A DNA stretch of 64,000 bases from Raillietiella orientalis (taxonomy: Eukaryota), in the NCBI GenBank assembly GCA_036172245.1, contig JAYWIR010000023.1:2232001-2296000 (forward strand), in the 5' to 3' direction. Under the pieces are notes generated by a model, which was given only the letters and a program-made list of their open reading frames with translations, was not told the DNA's origin and made no database searches. Shown here piece by piece: positions 53,095 through 64,000 of this stretch. Made by a program: the position numbers and the translations under genes. Each line of letters begins with the position of its first letter. The first letter of the stretch is position 1.

Positions 53095-54670
53095 ACATCT
53101 GGTGAATGCCTTTATTGCTCCATGAGTAATTCTTTCAGAATCCCCGTGGTAGCAGCAACCGGAATGAAATGCATGTTGCATTAGACATATTTGGATCTGA
53201 AAGAAGACGCACGCAAAAACAATGTTAGGTGCCTATTCATTACACACAAACATTGGTCCAAATTTTTTTTTTTTTAATCAAAACATCCATTTCTTGCACA
53301 AAATCGAAAGAATTCATAAAACACCTAATTCCACGATGAGTAGTTGAACTGGACTCCGGTCTCATTATTGAGCCATTCAGTTCAGTGTAACTTTTTTCTT
53401 AAAATTCTCCGAACTTGAAAAGTCGTCTGATTTCTCGGTTATTTATCTCAGCTGCTTTGAAAGACGATGAATAAGCACTCAGTATTATGAATTGCAGAAA
53501 TGGGAGATTTTGAAATCCAATGCCAATAGGTTATTAGAAAAAAGAAATAAAAGGAAACGAAAAAATAAATATTCCGTGGTATGATTCGGTGCAAATGGAG
53601 AAAGATGACATCCAATTATTCCCAAGGTTTTAGTAGTATAAGCGAAACATTCTTAACTGCATTATGGCTATCAACAAGATCATGATTTCCAAGATTTAGC
53701 AAAATCAATCTTCTCATAGAGCCAAACAAAAAAAGAGAGAATACAGTCAAAAAGTTCTCTTTTTCGATGATTTTGTGGATATTATCTGGGAATTCAGAAA
53801 TTATTCAGATGCATACCTTCAATGTCTATTCTGGCCGAGCATAACAAACATGCAGGAATTTGTGATTAAAGCGATATTTTGAGCACTCTAGAAGATAAGG
53901 GATAAACAGAAAAAAATGAAGACTGAAACTTTGGCATCCAGAAGAAGAAAAAAATATGCCATGCATAGAAAATTCACCATACACAAGGGATTATTGGAAT
54001 GCTGCATATTGGAGTTCTAATACTGTGATTTTTTTCCTTAAGACAAGTTATAAGGAAAATGAAAATTTATTGAAAAATTTTAGGCAAAAAAAACATCTTT
54101 TGGATACAGGCAATACATTGTCTAATCTCATTGGACTAAAATGCATAAAGTACAGGTCGCAGAGTCTTGTATGAATGTGCAAAATGATAAAAATTACTCA
54201 AGCGTATTGTCCCACAAAGCAGTTGGACTCAGGTAAAAGCAAACCTTCACATTTAATTGGAAATCCACAGAAGTCCAATTCTGGCCACTTGCCTGAATTA
54301 GCTAAATCACTTTCATCAAAGCATCCAACGAACTGTCTTCCGGGTGTACCTAAAAGCTGGTACATGTTTTTGTGCTATTCTTCATCTCTTGGGTAGTTGT
54401 TTTTTACGAAGAATCTAGATGCTTCATCTGATCGTTCTTATATGACTTGTTCTATGTTATCTTACCGTAGCACTGTTGGTTTCTGTAAACCATAACAAAC
54501 CAGTGGAGGTTATAAGTGCCCATTTTAATTGCGTAGCAGTAATCACCTTTATTAGTCAGATTTCGTTTGTTTTGTCAGCATTTCACTTCGTTGGATGTCA
54601 TTCCATCAGTTTCCTTTTGGGAACTGACAGGCGTCCAACTGTGAGTCTGTGGACTGTAGTGTGCTTAAAG
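53095..54670 (-). pseudogene. Possible decayed C-type lectin domain gene
   Basis: AG/GT-bounded minus-strand segments translate as GDYCYAIK.., SGKWPELDFCGFPIKCE, WLNNETGVQFNYSSW and DPNMSNATCISF...GF*KNYSW, resembling CTLD motifs but with stops and phase conflicts. Confidence 0.35.
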
Positions 54671-57639
54671 GAGAATAATAATCATCCTTTTGATTTCCTG
54701 AAGATCTCCATCTCAGCAGCGTTCCTAGGTATCACATGTGATATGAACTGGACTGCAGATCTATTACATTCTTAATTTAGGAGAAAAATGGAACTCGCAA
54801 AACATCCAGTTTGTTGTTTTCTAAGTAAAGGATGTCTCCTTTGTTGGAAAATAAAAAAACTATATTATTGCAGTTTTGTGATACAATCAGCATTGTGCCA
54901 TCTTTATCACTTTTCAAACATCAAAGTGCGTTATAAGCAGCTAAGAAGCAAAAAGATTAAAGCAGGAAAAATGAAAGAAATAATTTCATCTTTCTCTCTG
55001 GTGCATTTGCAAGGTCATTCAAGCAAAATATTCAGAAATGTGTGTTCGAAGGTTGCAGCGATTAGCAGCATTGCTGTATCGTCATGATAAATCATTGGAA
55101 CATTCAGCAGATTACCATGGCGAAATATTTATCAGCAAGGAAGGAAACAGAAAGCAATCTCTCTGGACAAAAATCCTTTATTTCTATTTTTCTTCTCTGT
55201 TTCTCCCTGGAATTTGATATAGCAAGGGAACTGATGAGTTCTAGGTAATGGCTTTAAGACAGCTAATCAGTCTAGAGACAAGGATGAGCTAGTTCGGGAT
55301 ATTCCGGCGGTGAATAAGAAGAGTTCAACAAGGAGCTTTTTTGTTACCCAAAACACTGTTTAATATCTAAAAGCTCAGAAAGCGATTATTCCAAAACATG
55401 TGTACAATATGCTTTAGCAACTGAAATTCGATTCTGCTTCCATCATGGGTTAGTTAGATTAACGTGGTCTTAAGACAAAAAGTCTTGAGCAACAGTGAGA
55501 AAAGAGACTCACAAGCTACTCTGTACAACAGAGCATCCCTCATTTTTTAATAAGAGATAATGATGAAAAGAAAACATCGGAGAATTCAACAATTCTCCAA
55601 TGTTCTCTTTCTGAGCATAGAATAGAATGTCTAGTTCTGAGCATAGATCTGAGCAATAGATTCTGAGCATAGAACCTCTAGTTCAAAAAATCTTTCCAGA
55701 AATAAATGATGCTTACAGCAGCATTTCTGTATAGAGCAGGCTTTGTCAAAAACTGTTTGCAAAATCTGAAGTTCATGAGCTGCAACACTATTGTAAGTTA
55801 ACAAAAAAAAAAACATATTCATGGTTACAGTAAGTCTTTAAAGGTCCAGCAATACTACTGCAATGGATTCCAGTAGCCACAAGAAACCTGCTGCGACTGA
55901 GTTTCTCTGTGAAGCCCTTCAGATCATTTGAAATGGATTGTTTTTACATCATTTTTTGAAATCTTATTTGAAGATTTGATACCACTGAGAAATAACTAAT
56001 AAAGTTTTATTTACTTATTTTTTTGCTCTCCTCCACAGTTGTTTTATAAATGATATATGCTTTATGAATGTAATTTTTTAAGGCAATTATGAATGTAATT
56101 GCCTTAAAAAAAAAAATCTTTGATTTTTGTCTCTTTTTATTCATTTTTCTTGGTCCCCAGCCTCAGCGCTAACAAGATAACTCACACAATAGATAAACCA
56201 CCGAAACTAGAGAACTTGTATATGATGTAAAAAAAACACACAACCAAAGTAGCACTCAGATTTTGAATGTAAGATGTTGGGATTGTGGTGCATAAAATTC
56301 TGGCAAGCAGTACATGCCTTTAAGTACCGTTGTGATAGACAAGTTCTCCATGGCCGATCTACATAAAGGAAATGCGGCAATAAAATTAAAAAAAAAAAAA
56401 AGAATGTGCTCTGTGAAGTACATTTTCAAGACACCTAAGAAAGTATTGCATACGAGAGCAATCCCAAATCACATATTGTAATGTGCTTCATACAATGTAC
56501 GCTCTAGGATTCAACGCAATACATTTATCTAAGTACAACCGAAAGCCCTTCAGGCTGTTGATACGGTAGAAAGAAATGGTAGTCCTCAGAAAGAAAATCC
56601 TTGTGCAAGAATGACAAAAGAAAGCATATCCTCAAGAAAAAAAAAAAAATACACATCTTGGATGAAAACTCGGGCTCCTGCTGTGGTTATTCCACACCTC
56701 TAGCTAGTGCAGACATTACCTGACTTTGCAAAGAACGAAAGCGAAGTTGAACGAATGACGCTCTGTTCCAAAAGTTTTCAACCAATGACCACAAAGAGAA
56801 AAACATCCTTCGAAATGAAGTAATGCTAGCTTCAAAATTGGAATCAACTTTTTGATCTGGAGTAACTTAAGGAATTATAATAAGGCATTACATTTCCTTA
56901 AGCTACAGGGAGTGCACCTCATGATGCCAGCTGATGAGCTGCACATGCCCGATGGCGCGCAGATTCATCGAGACGTCTTCACTTTGGTTACGTAATAAAT
57001 TTGCAAACAGTGGAAGCTCTCCCTCTACGTAATCGATTTGGCAACGACCGAGCTTCAAGTGGGCACCTCCTGTCGCCGAGACGACGTCTAAACTCGAATC
57101 CGCTTCCGTTCCCGTGCGCTGCAGCAAATCCGGTACGATCATCCCGCTGCACGCATCCTTTGCTTCCACAACAGGTCGCGATCCGTTCCACTACGGGATC
57201 GTTCCATACACAATGCCTTTCACGTGTCCTTACGGGGAAGAGTACGACCCGAGTCAGCCGGCGAGACTGTGGCGATCGACCGATCGTTCCGTCTCGGGAG
57301 ATCCCCCACCCTCCTCCACAGAATCTTCGACTGCGCATCTCCCTCGCAGCGTGAGACGCACAGATCGCTGCATCCAGCCCGCGCGCTTCGCCCGGACCGC
57401 GAAGCCCCGACACCAACACATCCACTCCAGCCTGCTGCGTGCCATAGCCCGATGGCAGCACGCAGCAGAGCCCGAAGGGGCGCCCACGTGTCTGCGCACC
57501 CCCTTTCGAACGGCGCCCCGTCCGCGCGCGCAAGCGTGCGACGCGGTTGCCGGCAACCCCACCCCCCCCCCGCATCATCCGCGTGATTCCGCATCTTGCG
57601 GCCGTTGGAATGGCCCCGACGCCCCGTCCGGAAACACGA

Positions 57640-58200
57640 CTCTCTGCAGAAGGAAGTCGTCGTCCAGCAGCACAGCCCAGTCGTGTTCGTGCACTGCGGA
57701 ACTGTGCACCGAGTGTGCACGCTGTGCTTTGCTTGGCGTGCGTCGCCAAGACGCTCGCGGAGCGCACCGGGATGCGGTGGTCAGCTGCAGCTGCGGTGGA
57801 GATCCCCATTTCACGCGGCTGTGCCGAAAGAGCTCTTTTTGCGGCTTCATCGAATTGGGGGAGAGCCATCGACAGGCGGCGTTGGTTTGATTTGCTGCAA
57901 GGTGGCGGCGATGTCAGGTATTTCACTCTCCGTGCCCGGACAGAGTGATTCGCGCGCGCTGCGCCTTCCCCCCGGATCCTGCCTGCTGCACCCAGTTGTT
58001 TACTTTGTCTCAATAAACAGATAGAACAGATAATGTATCTTCTGTTTCGCGGTTGCCATCTTGGAAACAGTGCCCCGAACCGCTCTCACGTGGGAAATGC
58101 AGCCACATCTGTAAACGGGATCAGCAACTGCTGCCGCCTGTTGCCTGCTTCTGGAACCGCACGCAAGATCACGCAAGACCGATCTTCGCGTGCTCGGCCG
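57640..58200 (+). pseudogene. Cys-rich degenerate coding remnant, possibly RBR (parkin-like) E3 ligase
   Basis: HSPVVFVHCGTVHRVCTLCF resembles parkin RING1 [33 protein letters not shown] and WKQCPEP..GKCSHIC follow. Lies in a GC/CpG-rich island (~56.9-58.3 kb). Confidence 0.3.
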
Positions 58201-59971
58201 ACGTCATTTCGGCACCTGAGCAACCGATTTGTGTGGATTGCCTACGTGTGTCCAGAAATACATATCTTCCTTTCGATGGGCGAAATCATCTCAGAAGACT
58301 TTTAAGCGAAGTCACAGTGAACTCCTCAAGGAAGAAGTAGAAGGTTCAAATCGAAGGACTGGTTGCTGCTATCCGCCACTGAGAATGACGAATGTGACAC
58401 TGGAAGTGCTACCTTAATTCTTCGACCACTTAAGAATCTCTGCGATTTTAAGGTTCCATCAAAGATCTAAGATAACGTTCATAACCCTGACTTCCTGATC
58501 CTGGTGATGGTCTCTTCGAAGGCGACTTTTCAATGGAAAGTATTTTAAACGTGGACCGGAAGATACTGTTTACGTCGGAAAACATCAGTGGTATCTATCG
58601 GCTTAGAAGCCATGAAATGCGCAGGCGATCTCCTTGGAAAAAAAAAAAAACTTGGAAATTCGTTGGAGGTATAAGGATCGTTCGTTTAAAAACAAGCGCC
58701 CGAGGCTACCTACCCGTCTTTGGTGCATAGTGCAGCACTTTTCCCGGCAGTTTTAAGTATATGGACGACAAGATTGTGAGGTGTGACTCCGCGACTTCGT
58801 GTGTCGTTTCTTCGGTCATACCTTGAGACTGTTCTCCTGTACATGATCTGCGGAAAGGGATGCTGCTTCGAAAACCGAAACCGGCTCAAAAATTCCTGAG
58901 GTGCAGAGGGGATTCTTGTTGAAACCAGCGATCGAATCCTCTATGAAGTTTCCGTAAGCACAGCGGGACACCGGTCGTGCTGTGCTGTGCTGTGCGGAAC
59001 AATAGAGGGAACCTCAACCACTCCATGAGCACATGCACCCAATCGACAGAGCCGTCCTTCAGCATGGAAGAGTGAGGATTCGTAGATTTATCCGAATTCT
59101 ATTTCTTATTCTCCGTTCATCGAGTTTTCGCGATTCTGCGCGCAAGCGACACAAAACAGATCAGAACCTTTTTCTTTCCGATCCTTTTTTTAATCATCAC
59201 GTATTCTTTGGATATCCTATGCTGTGATAATTCTTGAATATGTTTCGATGCAAAATAAGAATAATGCAGTGTCTTTATAACACGTCTAGTAAGCTCTCCA
59301 GCTCGAGATGAAGTCAATCTTTAAAACGTATATTGTACACTTTTTGAATGGCGGTGTACCCACGTTTTTTTCCTTTCCGTTAAAAAGGTGCTCGGCAGGA
59401 AAGATATTTCGAGCTTTCGTCGAAAACGGTTCGGTACCTGAACAGAATGGGGAAATAGTCTACCAAATAGCCTGAAGACGAAAGAAGCGCGAAATGAGCA
59501 AGGTGGCATAATTTCAATAGAAGAACTCGCAGGGTTGCCACGTCTTAATGACAAAGCGTGCGGACGTGATCAACAGCCACAAAAAGTCAATATGCTGAGT
59601 AAACAAAAATTCCCGATGTGCGTTGAGACAAAATCCGATATTTCACCTCAGCTAAATTAGCAATGGAAGCTTATGTTTTTGCCTTCTATTGAATACAGCG
59701 TTCACGAGGCAAGCACAGCTTTTTTTAAAATACTTCAAGAGTTAGTTGGCTGCAAAAGAATAAGGGACAGTTTGATCATGTCCCCTAATTGTGTGGTGTT
59801 TTTCCCCCAGAGTATCTCCTCATAGCTCCTAAAGGAATAACATGACAAAGATGAGAAATGACACGACGAGATCGTAGAATCCTCTTTTCTCCTCGGAAAA
59901 GAAGATTGAAATCCGTGGAGTCGATCCCATTGTTGGCAATGGGGCATCCTGATTTATGCTAACTGATTTTT
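57705..59971 (+). repeat. Left arm of large inverted repeat (outer limit set by the window edge)
   Basis: Every ORF here has an identical mirror ORF with coordinates summing to 121705. Inner boundary read directly from the sequence. Confidence 0.98.
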
Positions 59972-61733
59972 GACAAATAAATAAATCAGGATGCTCCATT
60001 CCCAAAAAAGACAAAACATAACAGCCGTGGTTGCTGCATTATAACCTAATAGTTTTTGTTTCTAGGAACAATTGTACTGCTATTCGAGTAAAGTATGTTT
60101 CAGTGAATCTGATGATCTCGTTGTAATCATTAGCAGGAAATTAGCTAGGAAAATGTGCAGAAAAGAAAGAAAAGCATTGACAAGTGTCAGATTTGATGTT
60201 GAAAAATCGCAATGGTTATGATATGTACGTTTGTCTACAGTTTGTTCATGAGATGAATGCGTTCTGAAAGCTGATCTCCAGTCGAGGCCTAAATGCACAA
60301 ATTGATCTGATGAAGCTCCAGACAGAATGTCAGCACTCGTTTCGTTGTGGAGGGTTTGGGGAAAGATCCGAAAGCTATGTACATTTGATGTATACTCTGC
60401 AAGTATTCGAAAACGAACTCTTGCATTTAACAGTGCAATGTCTATGTTTGAAACCATTACTGAAACGACGAAAGTGGAGATGGTTTATCCAGTAAACTTC
60501 AGGATGTGGTGAAATGCTTGGGATGAAGAAAGTACCATGGACACTGGCTACACATCTGATAGTGGACTGTGGTCCGTTCGTTCAAGGTGGAAAAGGGAAG
60601 GAATCGCTCCCGATCCACTGCAAAGTGGGGCCGAACTTTTCCATGCGGGATGCACTGACTGCTTTCCTCTTTTGTTTTTTTTTGTTTTGATATTCCGTAT
60701 TTCATCGGCCTTTAAATTAAGGTATTGATTTTTTTTACCTTTTCTAAGTCATTTGCATTTTTACTTATTTTTCGATTCCAGTGACTGTCCCTTGTTTCAC
60801 TGAAGAAGATGATTGAAATCCTTTTGGTTTTACACTGGGACTTTAATTATCTATACTTCGCGTTAACACATATATGAACCGTCCGGTCACTGAAAGTGCC
60901 ATTTGCCTCCTGAGCAGTAGTTTCTGACACCGAAGAAGTAGGTCCTCACCGAGTCTCCAAGACAAACATTTGTCGGGATCTATTTCCACAAAAATCATCT
61001 AGCAAATTCTCATTGACAGAAAACCTTCTTCTCGACCTTAGTCCTTATCTGCGTTAAAGCCATCCTTCTCGAGATGCACATATTTTCTCATGATTCATCA
61101 TCCCAATTTACTTCATTACATGTGTTGCTTTCAAATGTCAGATTGTTTTTCTGGAAAGATGAAATTTTCTTTTTTAACTTCTCTTAGACTTTCGCTATTC
61201 AAGAAACTACTTGCGCTGAATAACAATAAGATATCGGTAATTTATCAATACTATTTATAATATTCAGTTTATCATTCGCGTGACCTCTTAAAAATTCTCT
61301 CTTCCCTTAACTTTTTCGATTTTCTATGAGATGGCTTAACGTCTTCTTTTCTCACTAATAGACTTATCGTTATCTTCGATTCCATTGTGCTCCGTTTGGC
61401 TTATGGATGTGTAACTGTAGCATACATCATTCCTTTCGCTGATCTGTTTGTACGTATTCTTAATGTGTCCAAGAATGTATGCTGTTCCATTTTAAATCGA
61501 AACGGCCCCCATCTGGAAAACGTTGCGTCGGCCATTTTATAAAGGAGCGAAGGAGAAGCATTTTGTCATGGGGTCGTAGCTCATGCTGAACTCGTTTATT
61601 TCTCAGAGTTCGAAGAGCATTCTGAGCTTTTATCTTAAGGTGCATGCAAAACACAATTAAGGTGCATGCAAAACGGATCCAGCAAATGGATCTGGATCAA
61701 CTGATTGAAGTGCAATGCATCATCCGAATGCTG

Positions 61734-64000
61734 AAAAATCAGTTAGCATAAATCAGGATGCCCCATTGCCAACAATGGGATCGACTCCACGGATTTCAAT
61801 CTTCTTTTCCGAGGAGAAAAGAGGATTCTACGATCTCGTCGTGTCATTTCTCATCTTTGTCATGTTATTCCTTTAGGAGCTATGAGGAGATACTCTGGGG
61901 GAAAAACACCACACAATTAGGGGACATGATCAAACTGTCCCTTATTCTTTTGCAGCCAACTAACTCTTGAAGTATTTTAAAAAAAGCTGTGCTTGCCTCG
62001 TGAACGCTGTATTCAATAGAAGGCAAAAACATAAGCTTCCATTGCTAATTTAGCTGAGGTGAAATATCGGATTTTGTCTCAACGCACATCGGGAATTTTT
62101 GTTTACTCAGCATATTGACTTTTTGTGGCTGTTGATCACGTCCGCACGCTTTGTCATTAAGACGTGGCAACCCTGCGAGTTCTTCTATTGAAATTATGCC
62201 ACCTTGCTCATTTCGCGCTTCTTTCGTCTTCAGGCTATTTGGTAGACTATTTCCCCATTCTGTTCAGGTACCGAACCGTTTTCGACGAAAGCTCGAAATA
62301 TCTTTCCTGCCGAGCACCTTTTTAACGGAAAGGAAAAAAACGTGGGTACACCGCCATTCAAAAAGTGTACAATATACGTTTTAAAGATTGACTTCATCTC
62401 GAGCTGGAGAGCTTACTAGACGTGTTATAAAGACACTGCATTATTCTTATTTTGCATCGAAACATATTCAAGAATTATCACAGCATAGGATATCCAAAGA
62501 ATACGTGATGATTAAAAAAAGGATCGGAAAGAAAAAGGTTCTGATCTGTTTTGTGTCGCTTGCGCGCAGAATCGCGAAAACTCGATGAACGGAGAATAAG
62601 AAATAGAATTCGGATAAATCTACGAATCCTCACTCTTCCATGCTGAAGGACGGCTCTGTCGATTGGGTGCATGTGCTCATGGAGTGGTTGAGGTTCCCTC
62701 TATTGTTCCGCACAGCACAGCACAGCACGACCGGTGTCCCGCTGTGCTTACGGAAACTTCATAGAGGATTCGATCGCTGGTTTCAACAAGAATCCCCTCT
62801 GCACCTCAGGAATTTTTGAGCCGGTTTCGGTTTTCGAAGCAGCATCCCTTTCCGCAGATCATGTACAGGAGAACAGTCTCAAGGTATGACCGAAGAAACG
62901 ACACACGAAGTCGCGGAGTCACACCTCACAATCTTGTCGTCCATATACTTAAAACTGCCGGGAAAAGTGCTGCACTATGCACCAAAGACGGGTAGGTAGC
63001 CTCGGGCGCTTGTTTTTAAACGAACGATCCTTATACCTCCAACGAATTTCCAAGTTTTTTTTTTTTTCCAAGGAGATCGCCTGCGCATTTCATGGCTTCT
63101 AAGCCGATAGATACCACTGATGTTTTCCGACGTAAACAGTATCTTCCGGTCCACGTTTAAAATACTTTCCATTGAAAAGTCGCCTTCGAAGAGACCATCA
63201 CCAGGATCAGGAAGTCAGGGTTATGAACGTTATCTTAGATCTTTGATGGAACCTTAAAATCGCAGAGATTCTTAAGTGGTCGAAGAATTAAGGTAGCACT
63301 TCCAGTGTCACATTCGTCATTCTCAGTGGCGGATAGCAGCAACCAGTCCTTCGATTTGAACCTTCTACTTCTTCCTTGAGGAGTTCACTGTGACTTCGCT
63401 TAAAAGTCTTCTGAGATGATTTCGCCCATCGAAAGGAAGATATGTATTTCTGGACACACGTAGGCAATCCACACAAATCGGTTGCTCAGGTGCCGAAATG
63501 ACGTCGGCCGAGCACGCGAAGATCGGTCTTGCGTGATCTTGCGTGCGGTTCCAGAAGCAGGCAACAGGCGGCAGCAGTTGCTGATCCCGTTTACAGATGT
63601 GGCTGCATTTCCCACGTGAGAGCGGTTCGGGGCACTGTTTCCAAGATGGCAACCGCGAAACAGAAGATACATTATCTGTTCTATCTGTTTATTGAGACAA
63701 AGTAAACAACTGGGTGCAGCAGGCAGGATCCGGGGGGAAGGCGCAGCGCGCGCGAATCACTCTGTCCGGGCACGGAGAGTGAAATACCTGACATCGCCGC
63801 CACCTTGCAGCAAATCAAACCAACGCCGCCTGTCGATGGCTCTCCCCCAATTCGATGAAGCCGCAAAAAGAGCTCTTTCGGCACAGCCGCGTGAAATGGG
63901 GATCTCCACCGCAGCTGCAGCTGACCACCGCATCCCGGTGCGCTCCGCGAGCGTCTTGGCGACGCACGCCAAGCAAAGCACAGCGTGCACACTCGGTGCA
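61734..64000 (-). repeat. Right arm of large inverted repeat (runs off the window)
   Basis: Reverse complement of 57705-59971, including the 13-nt A/T homopolymer. Confidence 0.98.

Noticed and set aside
56988..58013. 341-aa minus-strand ORF and overlapping 258-aa plus ORF as intact genes
   Set aside because: Arg/Ala/Gly-rich products expected from stop-poor GC-rich DNA; open frames overlap on both strands with no coherent domain.
59972..61733. Transposase in the palindrome spacer (arms as TIRs of an autonomous element)
   Set aside because: Only short ORFs with no DDE or other transposase motifs.

Overview
Eukaryotic (animal, probably arthropod) genomic DNA with three zones. (1) 1-21 kb is a relatively GC-rich graveyard of heavily decayed L1/Tx1-like non-LTR retrotransposon copies, nearly all on the minus strand. 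It is interleaved with broken host-gene remnants: a PPP1R3/CBM21 glycogen-targeting subunit, an LRR C-cap, and a strongly divergent, insertion-bearing histone H3-like sequence with a second partial inverted copy. (2) 22-56 kb is AT-rich and holds four spliced genes that I reconstructed by hand: YTHDC2 (-), a gustatory receptor (+) with a ~10.5 kb intron containing MITE-like elements, HAX1 (-) and RPS15 (+). Most introns are extremely short (36-62 nt). A possible C-type lectin pseudogene follows. (3) 57.7-64 kb is a large palindrome: apparently identical inverted arms of at least 2,267 bp around a 1,762 bp spacer, with fold-back and duplication scars at both inner junctions. Inverted repeats and hairpins recur at every scale. 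No tRNA, rRNA or CRISPR features were recognised. All homology calls come from visual motif recognition and recalled reference sequences, not from database searches.
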